Shown piece by piece: positions 26,101 through 34,713 of a stretch of DNA of 64,000 nt (position 1 is the stretch's first letter; each line of letters opens with the position of its first letter). Source of the stretch: a virus. Lineage: Duplodnaviria; Caudoviricetes. The notes below the pieces were generated by a model. That model saw only the letters and a program-made list of their open reading frames with translations, was not told the origin of the DNA and ran no database searches. The stretch is taken from the IMG/VR virus record IMGVR_UViG_3300029305_006500; one strand, written 5' to 3'. The position numbers and the translations under genes were made by a program.

Positions 26101-29100
26101 CTATTGATGGTTTCCCTTGTGTAGTTTACTTTACTGATGAGTTTAGAGATCCTTCAAACGAATCTGACGATTCTGCTTATACTTACGCTGGAACCTATAT
26201 GTTTAACGTAGATAAGGTTGGAGATCAGCTAGGATTTGATTTGTCCGCAGAAGAAATTAACGCAGAGAAATCCGGTTTTACTGCTGCAGATAAAGCCTTA
26301 GCGTCTACAGAAGGAGAAATTGCTTGTGTTTCTTATGAAGGTGCTGCTAATGACGACGAGTCCGCTGCTGCCTTTTTACCTTTCCGAATCAAGTTCGCTT
26401 CACAAATATCAGAATTTATTTCTGCTTTAAAAGAGGGTACCTTAAAGCTTTCTGATCATTTTAGAGTCTCAGCTGAGAAAGTTACTTTTGTATATACTTC
26501 TGGTGGCAAAGAAAAAACAGAAGACATATTACATAATGGCTTTAATCCCGAAAGCTATAGAGCACAAGATGGTAAGCTTTTCTATAATGATGCTGAGATC
26601 GACGATGAAGATATAATAAAACAGCTTGAAAACGGTGAGCTAATTTTATTATTCTATAATATAGCAGATAAGACTTGGGAAGATCCTAAAAGTATTTATA
26701 CTTATATTGAAGAAACCTTGGAACCAAGAGAAACTACTTATGAAGACGAAGAAGTTTCAAATATTTATGGCCCTATGATTAGTGCTATAGATTGGTTATA
26801 TGCTAATAAAGATAATGAAGATACTTTTAGAGCTGATTTTAGCAAGCACTTCAGCTATGAGTATTGCATGGCATATTATTTGCAAATGCTTTTATTTGCA
26901 CAGGTCGACAATGCAGGTAAAAATGCTATGTTTGACATCTGGGGAAATAATTTAAATCCTAGTGCAAACAGTAAATTTGGTAAACTTTATCCACGTCCTT
27001 ATGATATGGATACTCAGATGGGTCTTAATAACTCCGGTGCAGATGTTATTGAAGCTTTTGCGGAACTAAACCCAAAACTATCCCCTGTAAGCTGTACTGG
27101 TACTAAGATTGGCTTGAATTCACAAAGTTATATCAATAACTGGCTAGCAGTAACAGGCAATAATAGTCATGACCGTTATAAGACTTATAATACTTCTGAA
27201 TCTAATCTTTGGAAAACTTTTGGTTTATATTTCAAAGAAGAAATTGCTCAAGTATATGAATACCTACGTAACACGGGAATCTATTCTGTAGATCAAATTT
27301 GTCAAGCTATTAATGCAAAGACTTGTGATAAAATTGGAGAGTCTTATTATAATTTTGACGTTTCTTCAAAGTATTTAAGCTATAAGGCAACTAATGAAGA
27401 GGTCGCTAAGGATAAGGCTGAAGGAGACTTATCTCAAGAAGAGCTTGATAAGATTGAGAATAAAGATGCTGTAGTTTACTATGAAAAGTATCTATTCTGT
27501 ACAAGCGGCAGCCGTAAAAACAGATACCGTACTTTCTTAGACCAACGAATCGCTTTCTTAGACTCCTTCTTTGGTTATAAAACTAATCAAAATAACTTAG
27601 AGCTACGTGTTGGTTACGTTAAAGAAGATGAAGATTTGTGGCAAGAAATTAATGGAACCAAATTTGTAGGTCTTGGCATTCAAGTATCAAAGCCTCAATA
27701 TGTTCGTTTTCAAGTTGGTTCCACCGAAGCACTGTATACTGCATTAGTTTTGCCAGATGAAACCCATGATTTCGGAAATGAGAAAGATATACCTGGAGCA
27801 TTATTCTGGATTCCAGTTACTTCAGATGCTGGAGACAAGGAAGTAATTATTACAGGCGCAGATTGTATTACAACTTTCCATCATCTACAGAATCTAGTAC
27901 CGACCAAGTGTTTATTAACTTCATGTCATAATCTAACTAATTTGGATTTAAGCAACTGTACTAGATTACATACACTACAGTTAAGTTCAACTGCTAAGAA
28001 GCTTCAAAAAATTGATGTAACTAATACTTCTGCACTATCTTCTGTACAAGGTACTGCACTAAATTTAAGTGGCTGTGAGAATTTAGTTGAACTTATTGCA
28101 ACCAATTCTAATGTTGATGCTATAGAATTGCCTAGTCAATCTAGCTTAAAGCATTTAGCTCTTACAAATGCTAAAAAGCTTACATCCTTAACAATATCTA
28201 ATAATAGCTTATTGACTAATAAGGAGTTAGATTTGTCAGGTTGTAGTGCATTAGCTAGCTTTAGTTTAATTAATTGCTCTGGAATTAAAATAAGTGACGC
28301 AACTGGTTTTACTCTAGAAAATCTATTAGCTCTAACAAATCTTGAATACTTAAGATTAGAAGATTGTAACCAAATTACAGTGTTAGATTTGACCAATGCA
28401 AATAATTTGGCAACCTTGATATTAAAGCTACCTGAATTAACTAGTCTAAATTTAGCGGGCCTCTCTTCCACAATCTTTAAGTATGAAGTTGGCACGACTG
28501 AATTAGGTTTAAATTTAACTAACTTACCTAAATTAGCTACGCTTAACTTAAAGGATGCTGGATTGCCTAATGATGGTACTGAATCTATTTTTGGTGCAGT
28601 AGTTTTACCAGTTGATCAACTAAGAACATTGATTCTACAGGCAAGTCTTTTAAATTCTATCTGTGCCAGCGGTAATACACCTAGTTTTGGGGTATATAAC
28701 TTTGATAAGTTACAGCTAACAAATTTAAATATTACAAATAATGCGGTAGTAAAGCAAATTCAAAATTTGGGTTACGCGGTAACTACAACATCTTTCTTTA
28801 ATTCTTGTAGAAACTTGACTGAGATTACCCGCACAGATGATAGTTATATATTAACAGTAAAATCAGGTAAGGCCGCATCTTTGTTTCAAGGTTGTGTCAA
28901 CTTAGAAACATTCCCTACAGATTGGCTAGTTTTTGAAGCTAATATTGGTAGTGCTGACAACATGTTTTACAATTGTCCTAACATTAGTAGTGATTGCTTA
29001 CAAAAGACTGCTCAAAAGCTTTGTCAAAAGGGTGTAACTAGCTTTTCGACTTTTGCTTATAACTGTGATAAGTTAACCGAGATTCCAGACAAATTCTTCA

Positions 29101-32081
29101 CCGGTGATACTTCTTCTAATATAACTTCGGTAACTAATGTATCTGACTGCTTTATAGATTGTAATTCTCTAAAAACAGTTGGCAACGCTTTTAGCAAATT
29201 TGTAAATTTGGAAAATATTAGTGGTTTGTTTAGGTATTGTAGAACACTTACCTCAGTTTCGAAGGATATCTTTGCAAACAACCCGAATATTAGCACCGTT
29301 GAATTAGCTTTTTATAATTGTGAAGAGTTGGGTACTAATGGCGGCTTACTAAGTTCTAGTGCTGAAAATTCTAAAGTATTCCATGAAAACTGTGCTAATA
29401 AGATTACTAATATTGAAGGCTTGTTCTACGGCTGCAAAAATATTAATCCTAAGGATAATCTAGCTGCATTTTTCCAAAACTTGCCTAGTATTTCAAATGC
29501 CAAACTTGCTTTTTATGGTTGTGCAAAATTAAACACTTTACCGAGCAAGATATTAGCTTATAATAGGTCGCTTACTAACATTGATGGTTTATTTGCTAAT
29601 AGTTTTACTTCAGACAATTCAAATTTCGAAATAACAACAGATTTTAACCTATTTGACTTGGCGAATCCTCCTACAGGACTGATGTCTGCAAGAGGTGTTT
29701 TTGCTGAATGTACCAAGATACATGGTAAGGTAGGTAGTAAGTTCTTTGTACCATTTGCAAACGCTACTAATTTAGGCAGCGGTGATGTTGCGTTTACAAA
29801 GCCACATTCTGTTAATGCAACCACTGTTCAAGGATTCTTTACTAATACTGATATTGAGGCAATTCATGAAGACTGCCTACGTAAAGCTATTAATGTGACT
29901 TCTTGTGATAAATTCTTATGCAAGATCTCTGGTGGAAAAGTTATAGCTAATGAAACATTTGCAGGCTTTTTTAATGATTCAAACGAAGCTGACTATTCCG
30001 ATGTAGTTCCAGCAAATTTCTTCTTAAAGGATGGTTCTACTGAGACACTACCATTAACAAAGCTCTCTTATATGTTTGCGGGCTGCTCTTGTTTGGCAGA
30101 AATAGACGGAGATTGTGTCTTACCAAGCAGCATACAAGACACACAAGGAATGTTTTATAATTGTTCACATCTAACTAATATTCCACAAGCATTCTTAAAA
30201 AATAAAGCTAACTTACAGAACGTTTCTTATATGTTTGCGGGCTGTACTGCGCTCTGCTCCGTTGATTTAGCTAGTGAAGAAAGCATCTTTAAAGACTGTA
30301 CTCAATTAGCTAACTGTAAAGGCATGTTTATGAAGTCTGGTTTAATTAACATGGGAAATCAGTATGAGGCAGGAACTGCAGTAATTAACTCCAGCTTATT
30401 CGAAGATTGTAGGTTATCTTTGAAAAATACTTCCTACATGTTTGCAGATTGTACCAATTTAGGGGGTGCTATTGGAACAGGTTATGCTCAAATCAACAGA
30501 GAAGAGCCCCTGAAAGCTCGTTATGCAGCCTATAAGCAAACAGTAGCTCAAGGGCTAATAACCAGTCTTAACGCAACCCTTGACAAAACTCGGGAAGATG
30601 CTCTTAAAAACCCAGATAGTATTCCGTTAGATAACGAGAGCAATTTTGCCAACCACATGCAACAGGCTCAGCAGATTGACATAGAATCAGCTTTAGAGAA
30701 TAATGGTTTCAGTTTCAGCTCACTTGCTGAGATGCTTAATACTGGTATTTTATCTGGAAGGATATCAAGTTATACGTTTAAGTTAAACTCTGATCCAGAA
30801 TCAGAGAACGTAACTTATGAGTATCTAGCGTATACAGTACCTCAGTATACTGAAGGAGCCTGGAAGACGCTTTTTGATAACAATGCTTTACATCGCTTTG
30901 ATGTCTACCGCACGAAACCAGAAAGCAAAGTTGTGGAAATTAAAAAATATGGTTTATTAGCGAATTGTCCAAATTTAGCTGAAGTAGAGGGCATGTTCTT
31001 AAACTGTGATCATTTAATTGGTCCAATACCTGCTGATATGTTCTATGGAGAAACAAATTCTAATATTAGTTCGCTTGCCTATTTGTTCTGTGGTTGTACC
31101 AGATTAGCTACCGTTCCTTCTGAAAGTTCTTCTCGTCAATTCTCAGAAAGCTGTACAGTTCAATTAGCTAATGAAGATACTCGTTATACAGACCATAGTA
31201 TAGCAGGTAATTATCAAGAAGTTTATCCACACTTGATTTATGATGATGAGAATATTCTACTGTTACAAGACAATGTGACAGACCAAGCATTTAGCGATAC
31301 AAAAGCTGAGTACTTTGTACCTAAGGATTGGTTGGCGAAATTAAGAAATGTAACAAATATTAGTCATATATTTAGTCAAGTTGGTAGTTTTGATATATTG
31401 ACTCATGCAGTTAAAGCAGAAGGTGACTTTTTAAATTACGCTTCATATGGAGAGAAGCTTGAAGGTGTTCCATTGATGCTAAAAATTCCAAACGAATTGT
31501 TCAGTATTAACTCTAATAATTTTAGAATAATTAATGCTGCTTACGCCTTCTTTGGAAATGCTTCTATTGGAAATTCTGCTTTATCAGCTGATTTCCTTGG
31601 AAAGAGTGTTCCTTATTACCTACAAGATATCCAATATATCTTTGCGCTTTCTAATCTTCCACAGGTAAAAGCAGACGGAACGTGTTTCTTAGCTCATAAG
31701 AACACTAACACAACCCTAAAAACAGTAACTTATGCCTTTGCTTATGCAAACAAAGTCCCATATGGGTGCGGAAAAACCACAACCGCTGGTAATGAATTCA
31801 TTAATAACGCTAGCTATAAACACTTATCACCTTATGACAGGAATTATAGTGGAATTCAAGGTGACGCTGTTGACTTTACAACCGGTTTTAATATTGCTAA
31901 TAAACAAGGTGCTTTTGTAGGTCAACAATATGTTAACCCTTATAAAAATACTGAAGCTAAATATACTATTTATAAAACAGTGCTTTATCCTGGAGAAGCT
32001 AGCATAACGCATGCGCGCATGGGTAAAACTGCAGCAGACACGGCCGCAACTAATGCATTTAACTTAGGTGCTACTATTTAA
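23109..32081 (+). CDS. Giant multidomain protein: LamG, CotH-kinase-like, LRR and BspA-like repeats (2990 aa)
   Basis: WQHVVVVV...LRIYIDG (LamG); QGTSS..YPVKNY, LKCDFME, DNAGKN, PYDMDT (CotH-like); LxxLDLSNC LRRs; SYMFAGC repeats. Confidence 0.8.
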   Translation: MPIKFIDSLEPNGHFALVKSESVGYSTTYINETGTLAQITNTKDALDVLYSRVMAEPVLKYFQTDDDESEPGLQTMAVEFGASMGLPVYVQTPSLGNWTFTVYRRLHGSGDEYKFYKVFSLPKGTTYIPLGTCTEYADYDYKLEIVDGAGKTAYTPWFEVGSTTVKKASLEYRIYCSSLSYTLSPTNSQLEEIYTLSNFNLTNVAISYKAGMSGYGKLFYKLYAPGATLPSALSLDDLRNCDSITLNNDELINVNKLVRTEVTFNIPEDTNAGTSTLVSCFVVSSSAETFAEGETFISALQTMSLDRLAANATSVSALTSFAADVSTSDSSGLDLLLKTTLANLKYTDTVKLTGKIYYECSANADCYYSWSSNKINNVMENPDDIALKCMTNKTWEKICTPNRGSVRWNIARINFPEDIAETQTLLNCYLSVEATSVSTLPTDIVPAPTFFNYLTTFRLNKQEGISGYITENLVFNFNTLDSNSNYNATDSNITGTTIAAQTCYINGAANNIGLKLYGTTQGASGIVEGTEGSDTAPRLRLTRGSYAMLYKRGSGTVPQPFSPWSILASANTTQKRFTLEAYLKVSDLGDTANRALTLINDKSRTSSDGISISANDIYANLQGYPNKAYLRPDVWQHVVVVVDSQEATANAKELNPYPTLRIYIDGVLSKISRFDANASSLLSNISSMPPLVLNGAVNTTQTVDYNSSNTSIDSLPISGDGDCEFKVIRIYDTALSASEVFQNFLDTREGKEVIDAVTERNGDGLTKIYFVANNTLPSQDALNYVTNSDQYEESLVDRAKQDLARWADYNAPKKATKKLNPTTFEKLNQLTVKDTIENENGQVVHGSKTSLVNCSVFVKKDGVVTLYHDDVDVYLQGTSSLAYPVKNYQIKINQLILDPNTQNYSRSKLADLPPLQDASTGWYTPSSVYTLKCDFMEHSHRNNTPTACYYQDTVLDGVIKALHGSQSNCLDYYSPARSIVAQVTVGDDLKDIKPYRDAIDGFPCVVYFTDEFRDPSNESDDSAYTYAGTYMFNVDKVGDQLGFDLSAEEINAEKSGFTAADKALASTEGEIACVSYEGAANDDESAAAFLPFRIKFASQISEFISALKEGTLKLSDHFRVSAEKVTFVYTSGGKEKTEDILHNGFNPESYRAQDGKLFYNDAEIDDEDIIKQLENGELILLFYNIADKTWEDPKSIYTYIEETLEPRETTYEDEEVSNIYGPMISAIDWLYANKDNEDTFRADFSKHFSYEYCMAYYLQMLLFAQVDNAGKNAMFDIWGNNLNPSANSKFGKLYPRPYDMDTQMGLNNSGADVIEAFAELNPKLSPVSCTGTKIGLNSQSYINNWLAVTGNNSHDRYKTYNTSESNLWKTFGLYFKEEIAQVYEYLRNTGIYSVDQICQAINAKTCDKIGESYYNFDVSSKYLSYKATNEEVAKDKAEGDLSQEELDKIENKDAVVYYEKYLFCTSGSRKNRYRTFLDQRIAFLDSFFGYKTNQNNLELRVGYVKEDEDLWQEINGTKFVGLGIQVSKPQYVRFQVGSTEALYTALVLPDETHDFGNEKDIPGALFWIPVTSDAGDKEVIITGADCITTFHHLQNLVPTKCLLTSCHNLTNLDLSNCTRLHTLQLSSTAKKLQKIDVTNTSALSSVQGTALNLSGCENLVELIATNSNVDAIELPSQSSLKHLALTNAKKLTSLTISNNSLLTNKELDLSGCSALASFSLINCSGIKISDATGFTLENLLALTNLEYLRLEDCNQITVLDLTNANNLATLILKLPELTSLNLAGLSSTIFKYEVGTTELGLNLTNLPKLATLNLKDAGLPNDGTESIFGAVVLPVDQLRTLILQASLLNSICASGNTPSFGVYNFDKLQLTNLNITNNAVVKQIQNLGYAVTTTSFFNSCRNLTEITRTDDSYILTVKSGKAASLFQGCVNLETFPTDWLVFEANIGSADNMFYNCPNISSDCLQKTAQKLCQKGVTSFSTFAYNCDKLTEIPDKFFTGDTSSNITSVTNVSDCFIDCNSLKTVGNAFSKFVNLENISGLFRYCRTLTSVSKDIFANNPNISTVELAFYNCEELGTNGGLLSSSAENSKVFHENCANKITNIEGLFYGCKNINPKDNLAAFFQNLPSISNAKLAFYGCAKLNTLPSKILAYNRSLTNIDGLFANSFTSDNSNFEITTDFNLFDLANPPTGLMSARGVFAECTKIHGKVGSKFFVPFANATNLGSGDVAFTKPHSVNATTVQGFFTNTDIEAIHEDCLRKAINVTSCDKFLCKISGGKVIANETFAGFFNDSNEADYSDVVPANFFLKDGSTETLPLTKLSYMFAGCSCLAEIDGDCVLPSSIQDTQGMFYNCSHLTNIPQAFLKNKANLQNVSYMFAGCTALCSVDLASEESIFKDCTQLANCKGMFMKSGLINMGNQYEAGTAVINSSLFEDCRLSLKNTSYMFADCTNLGGAIGTGYAQINREEPLKARYAAYKQTVAQGLITSLNATLDKTREDALKNPDSIPLDNESNFANHMQQAQQIDIESALENNGFSFSSLAEMLNTGILSGRISSYTFKLNSDPESENVTYEYLAYTVPQYTEGAWKTLFDNNALHRFDVYRTKPESKVVEIKKYGLLANCPNLAEVEGMFLNCDHLIGPIPADMFYGETNSNISSLAYLFCGCTRLATVPSESSSRQFSESCTVQLANEDTRYTDHSIAGNYQEVYPHLIYDDENILLLQDNVTDQAFSDTKAEYFVPKDWLAKLRNVTNISHIFSQVGSFDILTHAVKAEGDFLNYASYGEKLEGVPLMLKIPNELFSINSNNFRIINAAYAFFGNASIGNSALSADFLGKSVPYYLQDIQYIFALSNLPQVKADGTCFLAHKNTNTTLKTVTYAFAYANKVPYGCGKTTTAGNEFINNASYKHLSPYDRNYSGIQGDAVDFTTGFNIANKQGAFVGQQYVNPYKNTEAKYTIYKTVLYPGEASITHARMGKTAADTAATNAFNLGATI

Positions 32082-32094
32082 AAAAATAACTAAA

Positions 32095-32123
32095 AAATAG
32101 GTATCATTTTGGTACCTATTTTT
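32095..32123 (+). terminator. Terminator
   Basis: AAATAGGTATC/GGTACCTATTT stem plus T tract. Confidence 0.65.
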
Positions 32124-32181
32124 ATATTAAGATTTATTTGCTAAATTAATTGATAATTTAAGATTACTTAGGAGAAAAGAC

Positions 32182-32976
32182 ATGCCAAGAATGCAAAACC
32201 AATTTTTTACTAAACCTTCTCAAAGTTTTGTCATAACTCCTACTACTACAGAGCTAAAATTAAAAATACTCGCTGAAAAGTTGAGGCAGCAAATTCAAGT
32301 AGATAAGAGCCAAGCTTTTGAGGAAGATTATATTGTAACACAAGCTATTGGATCTTTTAAGGTTGGTGATTCGGTAAAAGGTTTAAGCTATGAGCAACTT
32401 TTTATAAAGCTCCTTGGGCTACAGCTTAATGGTACTGATATTCCTGAGCCAGAGAAACCAGAACAGCCTGATGATCCAAATGAGCCACCTGTACTTCCAG
32501 AAAATCCAACAGCTGACCAGGTTATTGAGTATATTGTAGCAAAACAGACTCCTATACATCAAGTTAATGCTTTTGGTGAACTGGAAGAAATTCCATATGT
32601 CCTAAAAACTTTTGATGAAAATACTTATGCTATGGCACCTCAGGAGCTTGAAACTGTTTTCTATAAAGTAATGGATGCTTCTGGTGATATAACAGAGGCG
32701 GGGTATCAGCACATGACAGAGCTCAAGGAAATGTATTATATGGTAGCGTTACCTGATTATATGATAATAGGCCAAAATACCAAAATACAAACTTGGGATG
32801 ATTTAAGCCAGTGCTGGGTAGAGGTACAAGTTCCGCTTACTAAGTTGCCGGAAAATATTAAGGAAGCTTTTGAATCAGCAGGACTTCAAGCCCCAGAAGT
32901 ACCGTTAGGGTATACCTTGTGGGCAGACTTATCTAATATCGATGCAGGCATGACCTATAGATTTACATTAATATAA
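32182..32976 (+). CDS. Hypothetical virion protein with Pro/Glu linker
   Basis: AGGAG RBS; PEPEKPEQPDDP linker. Confidence 0.7.
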   Translation: MPRMQNQFFTKPSQSFVITPTTTELKLKILAEKLRQQIQVDKSQAFEEDYIVTQAIGSFKVGDSVKGLSYEQLFIKLLGLQLNGTDIPEPEKPEQPDDPNEPPVLPENPTADQVIEYIVAKQTPIHQVNAFGELEEIPYVLKTFDENTYAMAPQELETVFYKVMDASGDITEAGYQHMTELKEMYYMVALPDYMIIGQNTKIQTWDDLSQCWVEVQVPLTKLPENIKEAFESAGLQAPEVPLGYTLWADLSNIDAGMTYRFTLI

Positions 32977-32991
32977 AGGAGATAACAGAAA

Positions 32992-33546
32992 ATGGCTTTA
33001 ATTGAAGTATCTAATCAATATCGATTTTCAGGACGTGGACCTTTTGATGCTAAAGCTTTGGTTAAAACGTTTGCGGATCTTTTAAAAACAGAGACTTGGG
33101 ATGCTGTAAATGCAAGTGGTAATAAAGTTTCTTCTGCTTATAACGGAATGATTGTTGCTGTTTGGGCAAATACAGTGGATAGTTCTAAGAATGGAGTATA
33201 TTTCTTACATGATCCACAAGTGACCTCTCCTTTAAAAAGTCCAGATGTTACTGTGGAGGCTAACTGGCATAAGGTTGCAGAGGTATCAGAATTAAAAGAA
33301 TTTGTTGCTAAATTATCTGTAATTGAAACAGAATTGCTCGCATTAGAAGCTAGGGTCACAGCAATAGAGGAAGACTCAGATGTTATTACTTATGGCTACA
33401 AATCAGGTTTTCCAAAAACAGGGGAAGCGAATAAATTGTATGTAGCGGCAGATGAAGGAAAATCCTACATTTGGTTTAACAATGATTATATGCCAGTAGG
33501 TGGAGATTCAGAGCCGGCCATAATTTATGGCGGGTCTGCAAAATAA
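32992..33546 (+). CDS. Tail-fibre-associated protein
   Basis: RGPFDAK N-terminal motif; FPKTGEANKLYVA module. Confidence 0.7.
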   Translation: MALIEVSNQYRFSGRGPFDAKALVKTFADLLKTETWDAVNASGNKVSSAYNGMIVAVWANTVDSSKNGVYFLHDPQVTSPLKSPDVTVEANWHKVAEVSELKEFVAKLSVIETELLALEARVTAIEEDSDVITYGYKSGFPKTGEANKLYVAADEGKSYIWFNNDYMPVGGDSEPAIIYGGSAK

Positions 33547-33594
33547 GATATAATTTCTATATTATATAAAAATTAATTTACAGAGAGGTAAAAG

Positions 33595-34692
33595 ATGGAA
33601 GAAAAGACACTACAAACTATTATTGTCTTAAGAAATGACAAATCTACTGAGTGGGCAACTTCTGAAGTTATCTTAGAAGAGGGCGAACTTGGCGTTTCTT
33701 ACTTGGACAATGGAAATGTTATGGTTAAAGCCGGTGACGGTGTCAATAAGTTTAAAGATCTGAAGCAAGTAGAGTCTGTTTTAGAATCCGACATGATGTT
33801 GACATACAGTTTCGGTAAGCATGTTGTTCCAACAGGCGGTTCTTTAAATGCTGGTGGTACTAATATGACCATGTCTCAATGGATTGCTGATGCATTGAAG
33901 AAGACTGTGGAACCCACAATTAAACGCTACCCAAATGCTGGCTTAAGTGCAAGCTGCAATAATTCTGGGGCGTCACTAGAAGTTGGTTCTTATATTACTA
34001 CTGTTTCCTATTCTGGAACGCTTAGCGAAGATGGAGATTATGAAACTAATGGCAAAGAAACTGCGTCTGGTATTAAGTCTAGTGACCTATCATGGGAAGT
34101 AACTCTTGGAGATGACGCTACTACAAAAAAGACTTCAGCTTCTGGTACTTATGCAACAAATATTCAAATAAATAGTACTACTGCAAATACTGTTTATGCT
34201 ACTGTTAAGGGTAAAGCAACATTGAGTCTTGCTAATGTAGTTACTCCTACCAATAACTTAGGTGAAGCTAATGCAGATGTAAAAATTAAAGGATTCGATG
34301 CAGCTGGAACTACGGTAAAAGACTTAACTGCAAGCGTTAAAGCAAGTGGTTATAGAAATACATGGTATTATGTGGGTACTGATCATACTTTCGAGCTCAA
34401 TTCTGCAAACATCAGATCTAAAGCCACGGCTAAAAATGCTTCTACAACCTCATTTGGCACGATAACTATTCCTGCCGGAACTAAGAGAGTTGTTTTTGCA
34501 GTTCTTGGTGATAAAACTCTTAATTCCGTGATTGATGTTGATGGTCAAGGACTTGATGTTAAAGCAAACTTTACTAAAGAAACTGTTGCTATCGAAGGCG
34601 CAAATGGATTTACAGCCGCAAATTATTCAGTATTCCATTTTGAAAATGAAAATGGTATTGCTGCTACTAAGTATACTGTAACAATTGGTTAA
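33595..34692 (+). CDS. Tail protein with Mtd_N-like N-terminal domain
   Basis: LRND...W...ILEEGELG...KAGDGVNKFKDL. Confidence 0.75.
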   Translation: MEEKTLQTIIVLRNDKSTEWATSEVILEEGELGVSYLDNGNVMVKAGDGVNKFKDLKQVESVLESDMMLTYSFGKHVVPTGGSLNAGGTNMTMSQWIADALKKTVEPTIKRYPNAGLSASCNNSGASLEVGSYITTVSYSGTLSEDGDYETNGKETASGIKSSDLSWEVTLGDDATTKKTSASGTYATNIQINSTTANTVYATVKGKATLSLANVVTPTNNLGEANADVKIKGFDAAGTTVKDLTASVKASGYRNTWYYVGTDHTFELNSANIRSKATAKNASTTSFGTITIPAGTKRVVFAVLGDKTLNSVIDVDGQGLDVKANFTKETVAIEGANGFTAANYSVFHFENENGIAATKYTVTIG

Positions 34693-34713
34693 TATAAGGA
34701 GGACGAATAAATT

